Shown here: piece after piece, positions 9,124 to 18,837 of the stretch
Numbering within the stretch: the stretch's first letter is position 1
Layout of the letters: each line of letters starts with the position of its first letter
From: Myxococcota bacterium
GTDB taxonomy: Bacteria > Myxococcota_A > UBA9160 > UBA6930
Length of the DNA: 64,000 nucleotides
Assembly (NCBI GenBank): GCA_965223415.1
Contig: OZ245002.1
Coordinates: 768,001 to 832,000, forward strand
Direction of reading: 5' to 3'
The notes under the pieces: model-generated
What the model saw: the letters and a program-made list of their open reading frames with translations, nothing else
What the model was told of the DNA's origin: nothing
Database searches by the model: none
Program-made: the position numbers and the translations under genes

Positions 9124-10674
9124 TCAGCCCTCCGCTTTCAGGCGTTCCAGGAGCGCGCCGTCGACCCGCGCCTTGACCGTCCGGCGGTCGATGCCGAGCC
9201 GGCGTGCCGCCTCCTCGTAGCTGCCGGTCTCGTGATAGAGGAGCGTCGCGTAGCGCTCGCCGAGCTGGTCCATGTCGAGCTGGCCTGCGGCCACGGCGCC
9301 GGCGATCTCGCCCCGGACGCCCGCCGCCACGAGGGGCACCGCGGTATCGGGCGGCTGGTAGCTGCCGCGGATCACCACGTTGCGGATGCACTGCTCGAGC
9401 TCGCGGATGTTCCCCGGCCAGGGGTAGCCCGCACCGAGCTCGACCTGGATCCAAGCCTCCACCTGCTCCGCCACCGCGTCGGCCTCCTCCCGGCCGAACA
9501 GGCGCCGTGCGATCACCAGGATCAGGTTGTGGAGATCGTCCGGGTGATCGGCGAGCTGATCGCGGAGGCTCGGAGTATGGATGCGATCAGAGCAGAGGCG
9601 GTAGTAGAAGTCCCGACGGAAGTCTCCCTCCTGCATCTCCTGGCCCAGGTCCCGGTTGGTGGCGGCGATGATCTTGCCCTCGAAGCGTCGCTCGGAGGTC
9701 TCGCCGAGGCGCTGGAAGGTGCGCGTCTGCAGGACGCGCAGCAGCTTCACCTGGATCTCCGCGTCCAGCTCGCCGATCTCGTCCAGGAAGACCGTGCCGC
9801 CGCGGCCGCAGGCCTCGAGCCAGCCATCGCGGTCGTCGACGGCGCCGGTGAAGGCGCCCTTGCGGTGGCCAAACAGCTCGGACTCGATCAGCGTCGGCGT
9901 GAGGGCCGAGAGATTCAGCGGGTGGAAACCGGTGCGGAAGCCCTCGGCGAAGGTGCGGGTCTCCGGGTCGAAGGGGATGAAGCGCGAGAAGCCGATCGCC
10001 CGGGCCACGAGCTCCTTGCCGGTGCCGGACTCCCCGGTGATCAGGGTGTTGAAGTCGTGCATGCGGTCGTAGAGGGCGCGGCGGTAGCGCGAGCGATCGT
10101 GGCTGAAGATCGACTGCCACACCGCAGCGCGGAGCTGCGCCGCCGGCAGCGACGCGCCGAAGATCTGCCGGAAGACGTGGTGGAAGGCGCGGCGGGTCTG
10201 GTAGCCGTAGGCGAAGAGGAAGGCCGGGTCCCGGCGGGACGGCCCGGTGAGGCCGGGCAGGTCGAAGTAGCTCGCGGCGTCGGCGGCGAAGCGGTCGAAG
10301 GCGGTGACCTTGTGGGGCTTGCCGTCAGCGTCGCGGTTCATGGCGTCGAACCACACCGGGGCGTACTCCGCGTAGAGGGCGTAGAGGACGAGGTCCTCGT
10401 AGAGCACGAGCTCCTCATCGGTCGCGCTCCCGCCCTGGGCGAGGCGCTCGCGGAGGGTCGGCAGGAGCTGCTGCACGGCCTCGTCGATCGGCCCGAGGTT
10501 CGGGTTCAGGCCACCGAGCTCCGTGTCCACGTTCCAGACCTGGCGGGTCGCGACGAAGCGGCTGCCGAGCACGTCCTTCTCGTGGGCGATGCGATCGGGC
10601 AGGAACGGGTTCACGTGGGTGAGCCGCGACATCGCCTCGGCGATGGCACGCTCCTTGCCTCTCATGAGGGCCAT
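9124..10674 (-). CDS. sigma54-dependent enhancer-binding protein with unrecognised N-terminal domain
   Basis: [39 protein letters not shown]-terminal Fis-type HTH. Confidence 0.92.
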   Translation of the reverse strand: MALMRGKERAIAEAMSRLTHVNPFLPDRIAHEKDVLGSRFVATRQVWNVDTELGGLNPNLGPIDEAVQQLLPTLRERLAQGGSATDEELVLYEDLVLYALYAEYAPVWFDAMNRDADGKPHKVTAFDRFAADAASYFDLPGLTGPSRRDPAFLFAYGYQTRRAFHHVFRQIFGASLPAAQLRAAVWQSIFSHDRSRYRRALYDRMHDFNTLITGESGTGKELVARAIGFSRFIPFDPETRTFAEGFRTGFHPLNLSALTPTLIESELFGHRKGAFTGAVDDRDGWLEACGRGGTVFLDEIGELDAEIQVKLLRVLQTRTFQRLGETSERRFEGKIIAATNRDLGQEMQEGDFRRDFYYRLCSDRIHTPSLRDQLADHPDDLHNLILVIARRLFGREEADAVAEQVEAWIQVELGAGYPWPGNIRELEQCIRNVVIRGSYQPPDTAVPLVAAGVRGEIAGAVAAGQLDMDQLGERYATLLYHETGSYEEAARRLGIDRRTVKARVDGALLERLKAEG

Positions 10675-10713
10675 GCGGTGCTCCGATGAGGAGGGACGGT
10701 CCGGACGCGATGT

Positions 10714-10732
10714 CTGTACAATGGGTGTACAG
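10714..10732. promoter_or_regulatory. inverted repeat CTGTACA-N5-TGTACAG (TGT-N11-ACA), candidate bEBP binding site
   Basis: Lies in the short divergent gap between the bEBP and acyltransferase genes. Confidence 0.55.
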
Positions 10733-10745
10733 TAGGGAGCATCGG

Positions 10746-12119
10746 ATGGATAGGCCTTCCCCTGAAGCCTCCGATCGGCGAGAACGCCTGGACGCCTTCG
10801 TCGCCTGGCTGTGCAAGGCGCTGATGGGGATCTTCTTCCGCGAGGTCGAGGTGAACGGCCTCGCACGGGTGCCCCGGGGTGTGCCGCTCCTGCTCGTGGC
10901 CAACCACCACAACAGCCTGATCGACCCGGCGCTGGTGCTCGCCCATCTCGATGCGAACCCGCGCTTCCTGGCGAAGAGCACGCTGTGGAACCTCCCGGTG
11001 ATGCGCCAGCTGCTCCAGCTCGGCGGCGTGATCCCGGTGTACCGGCGCCAGGACGAGGGCGTCGACATCAACAAGAACCAGGAGACCTTCGCGCGCTGCC
11101 ACGAGGAGCTGGCGCGGGGCGGGGCCGTGGCCCTCTTCCCGGAAGGCATCAGCCACAACGCCCCCCACCTGGCGGAACTCAAGACCGGTGCGGCGCGCAT
11201 CGCGCTCGAGGCGGAGCAACGTTTCGGCCCCCTCGGCACGTGGATCGTGCCGGTCGGGCTGACCTTCGAGGAGAAGGGCGTGTTCCGCTCCCGGGCACTG
11301 GTGCGCGTCGGGACGCCGGTCGAGGTGGCCTCCTGGAACGCCGGCGAGGCGCGCGAGCTGACCGACGCGATTCGCGAAGGCCTCGCCGAGGTGACGCTGA
11401 ACTACCCGTCGGCGCAGGACGTGCGCGCAGTGGAGACCGCCTCCCACGTGTTCGGCAGCGAGGAGCTCGAGCTGCCCGCTCGCATGGCCCTGGACGAGGC
11501 CTTCGCGGTGCGGCGGGACTTCATTACCGCCGGCCAGCGGCTTCGCGAGCTCTTCCCGGAGCGCATGGCCGCCCTCCAAGAGCGTCTCGAACGCTATGCC
11601 GAGGAGCTCGGGCGCCTCGGGCTACGCGACGAGCACCTGGCCGCCCGCTACCGGAGGCGCGACGTCGGCCTCTACCTGCTCGGCAGCGCCTCGCTGCTCC
11701 TGTTCTGGCTGCCCCTCGCCCTGCTCGGTACCGTGATCCACTTCGTGCCCTACCGCCTGTGCGGCGTCGTCGCCCGCTTCATGAAGACCGAGGATCTGCC
11801 GGCGACGATGAAGCTCTTCAGCGGCTTCTTCCTCTTCCCCGCCACCTGGGCCCTGGTCGCGGGCGCGGTGTGGAGCGCCGCCGGCCCCGGCTGGGCACTC
11901 TTCGCCCTCTTCGTCGCCCCCGTCACCGGCTGGTTCGCCCTCCTCTTCCACGAGCGCCACGAGCACTTCTGGGCCGAGGCCGACGCCTATCTGTCCCTCA
12001 AGCTCCGCCGCCGCCGCGCCGCCGAGCTCCGAACCGAGCGCGAAGCCCTCCGCGAAGAGCTCCAGGACCTCGCCGCCCTCGAACGCGACACCGGGGACGC
12101 TCCTGAACGCAACACCTAG
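10746..12119 (+). CDS. PlsC-family lysophospholipid/glycerol-phosphate acyltransferase with C-terminal TM segments
   Basis: ANHHNSLID (HX4D), FLAKSTL, LFPEGIS. Confidence 0.88.
   Translation: MDRPSPEASDRRERLDAFVAWLCKALMGIFFREVEVNGLARVPRGVPLLLVANHHNSLIDPALVLAHLDANPRFLAKSTLWNLPVMRQLLQLGGVIPVYRRQDEGVDINKNQETFARCHEELARGGAVALFPEGISHNAPHLAELKTGAARIALEAEQRFGPLGTWIVPVGLTFEEKGVFRSRALVRVGTPVEVASWNAGEARELTDAIREGLAEVTLNYPSAQDVRAVETASHVFGSEELELPARMALDEAFAVRRDFITAGQRLRELFPERMAALQERLERYAEELGRLGLRDEHLAARYRRRDVGLYLLGSASLLLFWLPLALLGTVIHFVPYRLCGVVARFMKTEDLPATMKLFSGFFLFPATWALVAGAVWSAAGPGWALFALFVAPVTGWFALLFHERHEHFWAEADAYLSLKLRRRRAAELRTEREALREELQDLAALERDTGDAPERNT
12088..12113. repeat. left arm of 26-bp REP-like hairpin split by the IS
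   Basis: ACACCGGGGACGCTCCTGAACGCAAC is the exact reverse complement of 13414-13439. Confidence 0.9.
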
Positions 12120-13410
12120 CAGGCTGCGGAAAAACCCCGTGCGACGGGTCGAATCGGTTGGTACAGGCATACCGGGGGGATGGAGATGCGCGGAACCGAT
12201 CGAACGCAGTCCACGATGTTCAGCTACGTGTCGCCGGAGGCGCGTGTCCCCGCCGATCATCCACTGCGCGTGACGCGGGAGATGACGAATCGCGCCCTGG
12301 TCCGGCTGGACGGGAGGTTGCGGAAGCTGTACTCGCGGACGGGTCGGCCGTCGATTCCGCCCGAGCACCTGTTGCGGGCCCTGCTGCTGCAGGTGCTCTA
12401 CTCGGTGCGAAGCGAGCGGATGCTGATGGAGCAGCTCGAGTACAACCTGCTGTTCCGCTGGTTCGTGGGGCTCGAGATGGACGACCGGGTCTGGGACGTG
12501 ACGGTGTTCACGAAGAATCGGGATCGGTTGCTTCGGGGAGAGATCGCGGAGGGGTTCTTTCAGGCCGTGTTGGCGGAGGCCCGCGAGGAGGGGCTTCTGT
12601 CGGACGAGCACTTCACGGTGGACGGCACGCTGATCGAGGCATGGGCGGGGCAGAAGAGCTTTCGGCCGAAGGACGAGGACCGGGGCGGCCGCGGGGGTGG
12701 ACGGAAGGCGACGGAGCGGGACTTCCACGGTGAGCGTAGGAAGAACGACACGCACGCCTCGACGACGGACCCGGAGTCCCGGCTCTACCGCAAGGGGAAG
12801 GGGAAGGAAGCGAAGCTGTGCTTCATGGGCCACGTGGTGACGGAGAACCGGCATGGCCTGGTGGTGGCGGCCAAGACGACGCTGGCCACGGGCACGGCGG
12901 AGCGCGAGGCCTCGGTGGCGATGGTGAAGCGGGTGCCACGCGGACGGCGATCGACGTTGGGCGGAGACAAGGGCTACGACACGGTGTCGCATGTCGAAGA
13001 GCTTCGAGAGCTGGGCGTGACCCCGCACGTCGCGCAGAACGACAAGGGCCGCCGCAGCGCGATCGATGATCGAACGACGACGCACGTGGGCTACGAGATC
13101 AGCCAGCGCAAACGCAAGGCGATCGAGCAGGTCTTCGGCTGGGGGAAGACGGTAGGCCCGATTCGCAAGGTGAAGCATCGCGGCAAGGAGCGGGTGGGCT
13201 GGATGTTCACGTTCACCCAGGCGGCCTACAACCTTGTGAGGATGAGGAACCTGCTATGCCCCACGTAGCTTGTCGGGTCGAGTGGAGGGCCCCGTTGGCA
13301 GCGAGCCGGGCGTCAACCGGCGGCAAGGCCTCGATTCCGCGCTCCTTTCCTAGCCAAAGCGCCTCCAAGGCACCGTTCTCTGCGTACCATCGGCGTTCTT
13401 CCGCAGCCTG
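12120..13410 (+). mobile_element. IS5-family insertion sequence (~1291 bp)
   Basis: Terminal IRs CAGGCTGCGGAAAAAC / GTTCTTCCGCAGCCTG (15/16 match); CTAG on both flanks (12116-12119, 13411-13414); exact ends slightly ambiguous because CTAG is palindromic. Confidence 0.92.
12186..13268 (+). CDS. IS5-family DDE transposase
   Basis: GRPSIPPE..LLFRWFVGL N-domain; FTVDGT, GGDKGYD, RKAIEQVFG DDE motifs. Confidence 0.93.
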   Translation: MRGTDRTQSTMFSYVSPEARVPADHPLRVTREMTNRALVRLDGRLRKLYSRTGRPSIPPEHLLRALLLQVLYSVRSERMLMEQLEYNLLFRWFVGLEMDDRVWDVTVFTKNRDRLLRGEIAEGFFQAVLAEAREEGLLSDEHFTVDGTLIEAWAGQKSFRPKDEDRGGRGGGRKATERDFHGERRKNDTHASTTDPESRLYRKGKGKEAKLCFMGHVVTENRHGLVVAAKTTLATGTAEREASVAMVKRVPRGRRSTLGGDKGYDTVSHVEELRELGVTPHVAQNDKGRRSAIDDRTTTHVGYEISQRKRKAIEQVFGWGKTVGPIRKVKHRGKERVGWMFTFTQAAYNLVRMRNLLCPT

Positions 13411-13413
13411 CTA

Positions 13414-13439
13414 GTTGCGTTCAGGAGCGTCCCCGGTGT
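13414..13439. repeat. right arm of REP-like hairpin
   Basis: GTTGCGTTCAGGAGCGTCCCCGGTGT. Confidence 0.9.
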
Positions 13440-13444
13440 TGCCT

Positions 13445-14512
13445 CTACCAGTGGTGGGCGGCTCGGGCGCGGTGCGTACCAGGAGTGCCCAGGTAGGTGC
13501 GGTCGAACATGGCTCGCTTGAACCAGATCTGGACGTCGCACTCCCAGGTGTAGCCGATGCCACCGTGGGCCTCGACCGTGTCCCGGGCGACGGCCATGAA
13601 GCGATCCGTGAGGTATGCCTTGGCGATGGCGGCCATGCGCTCCGTCTCCTCCGGCTCCTGGTCGTAGGCGTGGGCCGCGTACCAGTAGAGGGCGCGGCTG
13701 GGCTCGACCTCGAGGGCCATGTTGGCGAGCTGGTGCTTGAGCGCCTGGAAGTGGCCGATCGTCACGCCGAACTGCTCGCGGGTCTTCGCGTACTCGACGG
13801 CCATCTCCACGCAGCGCGATGCGCCGCCGAAGGCGTCGGCCGCGAGCAGCACGAGACCGGCGTCGCGCAGGCGCGCGGCGGCTCCCCCGCCAGGCAGCAC
13901 CTCGCAGGCCGCACCCTCGAAGCGCACGGTGTCGAGGCGGCGCGTGCGATCGACGCCGGAGAAGGCCTCGACCTCGACGCCCGCGGCGCCGCGCTCCACG
14001 AGCGCGAGCCCGCCCCCGTCGGTGCCGACGACCAGCAGATCCGCCACGGCGCCGTTCGGCACATAGCGCTTCTCGCCGGACAGGCTGCCGTTCGCCTTCA
14101 GCTGCCACTCGTCCGGCAGCCAGCGGCCCGCCTCCTCGGCCAGGGCCACGCTGCCGAGGACGTCCCCGGTCGCGAGCCTGGGCAGCCAGGCCTTCTTCTG
14201 GGCGTCGCTGCCGCCGGCGGCCAGGGCCACGCACGCGAGGGTGTGCCCGAGGAAGGGCCCGGGCGCCGCGCCGCGGCCGAGGGTCTCCGCGACCACCGCG
14301 GCGTCGAGCAGGTCGAGCCCCGCGCCACCGTGGGGCTCCGGAACGACCAGCCCCGCCAGCCCCATCTCCACCATGCCGTTCCAGAAGCCCGCGTCGTGGC
14401 CGTCCTCCGCGTCGAATCGCGCTCGCAGCTGGTTCGGGTCGTTCTCGTTGGCCAGGAACTGGCCGACGGTGTGCTGGAGCAGCGCCTGCTCTTCCGAGAG
14501 TCCGAAGTCCAA
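13445..14512 (-). CDS. acyl-CoA dehydrogenase, short partner subunit (TTG start)
   Basis: DFGLSEEQ, REQFGVTIGHFQALKHQLA, HGGIGYTWE. Confidence 0.88.
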   Translation of the reverse strand: MDFGLSEEQALLQHTVGQFLANENDPNQLRARFDAEDGHDAGFWNGMVEMGLAGLVVPEPHGGAGLDLLDAAVVAETLGRGAAPGPFLGHTLACVALAAGGSDAQKKAWLPRLATGDVLGSVALAEEAGRWLPDEWQLKANGSLSGEKRYVPNGAVADLLVVGTDGGGLALVERGAAGVEVEAFSGVDRTRRLDTVRFEGAACEVLPGGGAAARLRDAGLVLLAADAFGGASRCVEMAVEYAKTREQFGVTIGHFQALKHQLANMALEVEPSRALYWYAAHAYDQEPEETERMAAIAKAYLTDRFMAVARDTVEAHGGIGYTWECDVQIWFKRAMFDRTYLGTPGTHRARAAHHW

Positions 14513-14523
14513 GGCCCGCCCTC

Positions 14524-15735
14524 CTACCTGCTCTGCTGGGCGAAGTGGTCGCGGGGCAGCCCGAGGCCACGCTCGGCGATCACGTTCCGCTGGATGTTGG
14601 CGGTGCCTCCGGCGATCGCGACGCCGAGCGCCGACATGTACTGGTTGATCCACCCGACCGCGCCCTTCGGCGCCACGCCCATCAGGCGACCTCCTCCGAG
14701 GGGATCGGTCAGCGCCTCGTCCGCCAGCAGATCGAAGGCCAGCTTCGAGACATCCTGGTTGATGTTGGTCGAGTGCAGCTTGTTCATGAGCCCGATGATC
14801 CCGGGCTCCTCCCCTCGCAGCTGGTGGGTGAGCTGGCGGTAGCCCGAGGACTTGTGGGCCTGCACGTAGCCTTCGATCCGGCCGAGGCGCTCCCGGATGG
14901 CCGGGTCCTCGATGGCTGGGCGCCCGTTCAGCTCGGTCTCCTTCGCGAGCCGCACGAGCCCCTTGAAGGTCACCTCGGTCATCGCCGCGTTGCCGATGGA
15001 GTTGCGCTCGTGCTTCAGCGTCGTGCGCGAGACGATCCAGCCCTCGCCGCGCTTGCCGACGATCCAGTCCTTCGGCGTCCGCACGTCCGTGAAGAACACC
15101 TCGTTGAAGTGGGCGGAGCCGTTCATCTGCTTGAGCGGCCGCACGTCGATGCCCGGCTGCTTCATGTCGATCAGCAGGTAGGAGATGCCGGCGTGCTTGG
15201 ACGCTTCGGGCTCCGTGCGCACGAGACAGAACATGAAGTCGGCGGTGGTCGCGCCGCTGGTCCAGATCTTCTGGCCGTTGATCACCCAGTCGTCGCCGTC
15301 GAGCTCGCCACGGGTCATGAGCGAAGCGAGATCGCTGCCGGATCCGGGCTCGCTGTATCCCTGGCACCAGAAGATCTCGCCGAGCACCGTGCCGGGAACC
15401 CACTTCTCCTTCTGCCATTCCGCCCCCTTCTCGAGCAGGGTCGGCGCGAGCATCATGGTGCCGATGCCGGCGGGATCGCCCGGCGCCTTCGCGCGGCCGA
15501 GCTCCTCGCGGATCACCTGGGCCTTGAGCGGATCGGCCTGCTGGCCCGAGCCGCCGTAGGCGACCGGCGTCGAGCGGGCCAGGTAGCCCGCGGCGATGGC
15601 GCGCTTCCGGAACGCGATGGCCTGCTGGTTCAGGTCCAGCTCCGCTTCCGCGCCGGTGAGGGGCCAGTGCTCAGCGAGGAAGGCGCGGACCTCCTCGCGA
15701 AAGGCGTCGTACGCGGGGCCGTAGGCGAGATCCAA
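14524..15735 (-). CDS. acyl-CoA dehydrogenase (TTG start)
   Basis: WCQGYSEPGSGSDLASL, NGQKIWTS, IAGGTANIQRNVIAERGLGLPR; RBS GGAGG. Confidence 0.92.
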   Translation of the reverse strand: MDLAYGPAYDAFREEVRAFLAEHWPLTGAEAELDLNQQAIAFRKRAIAAGYLARSTPVAYGGSGQQADPLKAQVIREELGRAKAPGDPAGIGTMMLAPTLLEKGAEWQKEKWVPGTVLGEIFWCQGYSEPGSGSDLASLMTRGELDGDDWVINGQKIWTSGATTADFMFCLVRTEPEASKHAGISYLLIDMKQPGIDVRPLKQMNGSAHFNEVFFTDVRTPKDWIVGKRGEGWIVSRTTLKHERNSIGNAAMTEVTFKGLVRLAKETELNGRPAIEDPAIRERLGRIEGYVQAHKSSGYRQLTHQLRGEEPGIIGLMNKLHSTNINQDVSKLAFDLLADEALTDPLGGGRLMGVAPKGAVGWINQYMSALGVAIAGGTANIQRNVIAERGLGLPRDHFAQQSR

Positions 15736-15765
15736 GACGGGTCCTCCGGACGGAAACGAAACAAA

Positions 15766-15782
15766 TGGCACGCGGTGTGCCA
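15766..15782 (-). promoter_or_regulatory. palindromic TGGCAC-N5-GTGCCA, sigma54 -24/-12-like site or operator
   Basis: Minus strand reads TGGCACACCGCGTGC about 30 nt upstream of the ACAD start. Confidence 0.45.
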
Positions 15783-15786
15783 GACC

Positions 15787-16449
15787 CTAGCCCGTTCGGA
15801 CGGCCTTCGCGTAGGCGGCCAGGGCTTCCCGCGCCGGGGCCTCGGCCACGCCGGGCTCGTCCAGCACCGCCTCCAGCCACTCGGGCCGGTCGGCACAGGC
15901 GACGCTGATGGGCTCGTCCAGCCCAGAGAGCTGGGCCGCCTGGCGCACGAAGGCGGTGGCGTAGTCCGGCGGGCGGACGTCCCGGGCCAGCTCGGCCAGG
16001 GCGAAGGGATCCGGCGGAGCGGCGCCGGACGGGTCCGGGAACACCAGCGAGGAGGAGCCGGGCTCCCGGCCGCCCCCCGCCAGGCCGAGGCCGTCGCACA
16101 CGACGGCGCCGCGCACCTTCTTCGGCTGGGCGCCGGCCAGGAGCAGGGCCACGTAGCCGCCCAGCCCGCGTCCCATCAGCGTGGCCTCGCCCAGGTGGTT
16201 CAGCGCCGTGTCGGCATCACCCATCAGCACCTCGGCGCTGTAGCCGCCGCCGCTCGGAATGGTGCTGTCGCCGTGCCCCGTGAAGTCGAGGGCGTGGATC
16301 CCCCCGGGCCACCCCTGCGCCTCCTCGGGCACCTCGGTCGGCGAGCGCTCGCCGAGACCGTGCAGCAGGAGGAGCGGCGGACCGGCACCGGACCGCAGCG
16401 TGTGCAGCGCCAGCTCCACGTGGACGTGCCGGAGGCGGACGGCGCTCAT
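15787..16449 (-). CDS. alpha/beta hydrolase fold protein, apparently lacking the nucleophile Ser
   Basis: LLLHGLG, LDFTGHGDS; elbow reads GRGLGG. Confidence 0.8.
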   Translation of the reverse strand: MSAVRLRHVHVELALHTLRSGAGPPLLLLHGLGERSPTEVPEEAQGWPGGIHALDFTGHGDSTIPSGGGYSAEVLMGDADTALNHLGEATLMGRGLGGYVALLLAGAQPKKVRGAVVCDGLGLAGGGREPGSSSLVFPDPSGAAPPDPFALAELARDVRPPDYATAFVRQAAQLSGLDEPISVACADRPEWLEAVLDEPGVAEAPAREALAAYAKAVRTG

Positions 16450-17387
16450 GACAGGTACTCGAGCACGGCCTTCGCCACCCGCTCGGGCTGCTCGATGTGC
16501 ACGAAGTGCCCCGTGTCCTCGAAGGTGAGGAGCTCCGAATCCCGCGGCAGATAGGGCGTCGCCGCGGTGGCGGTCGTGCCCCAGCCCATCGGCTCCTCCT
16601 GCAGGCCGAGGATCGCGAGCATCGGCACCGGCAGGGCGACCATGCGGCGCAGAGACCAGACCGCCCGCCAGGGGCCGAAGCCCCCCGGGCGCAGCGCGGG
16701 ATCGATCTTCCAGCGCCAGCCGTCCTCGTCCCGCCGCGCACCGACGGTGACGAGGTAGCGCAGCCAGTCGAGGGAGAGGCGCGGGTTCATCTTCGCGCGG
16801 CGCCGCGCGAGCCCGTCGATCGTGTCCGGCCGGCGCACCTTCGTGCCAGCACGCGCGCGGTGCTCGAGCCAGCCGGTGAGCTCGGTGGCGAGGAGCTTCG
16901 TGCGGTCGTGATCGGCCACGTCAGGCGGGTTCTTCTGCGACGGAATGCCGTCGATGTTCACGAACCGACGAATGCGATGGGGCACGGCCTGGATCAGGTG
17001 GGTGGCGATGCCACCGCCCTTCGAGTGGCCCAGCACTGGGATCGGGTCCGGACCGATCGAGTCGAGCACCGCCAGCATGTCCCGCACGTCGGCATCCCAG
17101 CTGTAGAGGGCCGCGTGGTCGGAATCGCCGTGGCCGCGCTGGTCCCAGGCGACCACCCGGTGGCCGGCGTCGGCCAGGAGCGGGGCGAAGACGTCGAAGG
17201 TGCCAGCGAAGTCGAAGCCACCGTGGGCGAGGAGGATCGGCTCCGCCGTCTCGCTACCCCACTCCCAGACGGCCAGCTCGAGGCCATGGCTCACGACGCT
17301 CCGGCGCCGGTCGGGCCGGCGCGCGCCGGGGAAGGCGCGGGCGCGGGCCAGCGCGTCGTCGTCGGAAGCGGGGGCGGCGTCGTTCAC
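16446..17387 (-). CDS. alpha/beta hydrolase
   Basis: HGGFD, WDQRGHGDS, GHSKGG, GHFVHIEQP; its stop overlaps the next start (ATGA). Confidence 0.88.
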   Translation of the reverse strand: MNDAAPASDDDALARARAFPGARRPDRRRSVVSHGLELAVWEWGSETAEPILLAHGGFDFAGTFDVFAPLLADAGHRVVAWDQRGHGDSDHAALYSWDADVRDMLAVLDSIGPDPIPVLGHSKGGGIATHLIQAVPHRIRRFVNIDGIPSQKNPPDVADHDRTKLLATELTGWLEHRARAGTKVRRPDTIDGLARRRAKMNPRLSLDWLRYLVTVGARRDEDGWRWKIDPALRPGGFGPWRAVWSLRRMVALPVPMLAILGLQEEPMGWGTTATAATPYLPRDSELLTFEDTGHFVHIEQPERVAKAVLEYLS

Positions 17388-17498
17388 GGGGCGGGGCTCC
17401 TGGGGCGCGGGAGCAGGGTAACGGCCGCGCTGGAGGCTTCCAGCGGAAGGGCCGACGGGCTCGAGTCGGTGCCCCGGACGGCCGAAACCGCAGGGGTC

Positions 17499-18797
17499 AT
17501 GGACCGCCTGCTCGATCTCCCCCCGGACGCCCTGGCCCGCGAGCTGAAGCGCCTCGGTACCGGCCGGGCCTGGTGGGCTCGCGAGGGCGACCGCCTGCGC
17601 GCCTCCCACGAGGCCCTGCTCGAGATCACCGGCTTCCTCCAAGAGGGCGTCGGCGGCGCGCGCGGACACGAAGCGGTGTTCCTGGCCGTCGGGCCCGAGA
17701 GCGGCGCCTTGTTCGGGGCCTTCCTGCACGCGACGGCTCGGGGCCAGGCCCAGGGCGGCCTGCGACGCTGGCCCTACCCGGACCTGGCCGCCTTCCTGCG
17801 TGACGGCCTGCGCCTCTCCTGGGGCATGTCGCGCAAGAACGCCCTGGCCGGCCTGTGGTGGGGCGGCGGCAAGGGCCTGATCGCCGGCAGCGAGAGCCCG
17901 CCGGACGACCATTCGCGCCGCATCCTCTACCGGGAATACGGCGACTTCGTGAGCTCCCTTGGCGGCTGCTACGTCACGGCCGAGGACGCCGGAACCCGCC
18001 CCCAGGACGTGGCGACGGTCTTCGAGCGAACCCGCTTCGTCACCTGCGTGCCGGCGGATCGCGGCGGCGCCGGGAACCCGGGCCCGGCCACCGCCGCCGG
18101 CGTGGTGTGCGGCATGGAGGCGGCCCTCGAAGCCTGCGGCCTCGACGGCCTGCCCGGACGACACGTGGCCATGCAGGGCCTCGGCAACGTCGGCACCGCG
18201 ATGGTCGACCTGCTGCTCGCCCGCGGCGTCCGCTCCGTCGTGGCCAGCGAGATCTCCGCCACCCGCTGCGGCGAGCTCGCCGAACGCTGGCGGGACGCTC
18301 CGGTCGAGGTGCGCCTCGCCCACCCGGACGATACGGACCCGCTCCTGGAGCCCTGCGACGTGCTCGTCCCGAACGCCCTCGGCGGCGTGATCGGTCCCGA
18401 GCTGATTCCGAGGCTCCAGACCCGCATGATCTGCGGCGCTGCCAACAACCCGTTGGTTCGCGAGGACCGGGACGGAACGGCCCTGATGGAGCGCGGCATC
18501 GTCTACATGCCGGACTTCGTCGTCAACCGGATGGGCATCGTCAGCGTGGCCAACGAGCAGTACGGCCGGCTCGAAGGGGATTCCGCCGTCCTGCGCCATC
18601 TGGACCCCGGCTGGGAGCACGGCATTCCGGCGGTGACCAAGCGCGTCCTCTCCCTGGCCCGGGACGCCGGGATCTCTCCCGTCGAGGCCGCGAACCGGCT
18701 GGCCGAGAGCCGCTGGCACGAGCCCCACCCCCTCTTCCCCGGTCGAACCGGGGCGATCATCCAGGGCCTGGTTCGCAGCGGATGGGAGCGAGGTTAG
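17499..18797 (+). CDS. Glu/Leu/Phe/Val dehydrogenase family protein
   Basis: MSRKNALAGLWWGGGKG, VTAEDAGT, QGLGNVG, CGAANNP. Confidence 0.88.
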   Translation: MDRLLDLPPDALARELKRLGTGRAWWAREGDRLRASHEALLEITGFLQEGVGGARGHEAVFLAVGPESGALFGAFLHATARGQAQGGLRRWPYPDLAAFLRDGLRLSWGMSRKNALAGLWWGGGKGLIAGSESPPDDHSRRILYREYGDFVSSLGGCYVTAEDAGTRPQDVATVFERTRFVTCVPADRGGAGNPGPATAAGVVCGMEAALEACGLDGLPGRHVAMQGLGNVGTAMVDLLLARGVRSVVASEISATRCGELAERWRDAPVEVRLAHPDDTDPLLEPCDVLVPNALGGVIGPELIPRLQTRMICGAANNPLVREDRDGTALMERGIVYMPDFVVNRMGIVSVANEQYGRLEGDSAVLRHLDPGWEHGIPAVTKRVLSLARDAGISPVEAANRLAESRWHEPHPLFPGRTGAIIQGLVRSGWERG

Positions 18798-18837
18798 GCG
18801 GAGCCGCGATACACTTCGCGCCGAAGGAGCGCCCCCC

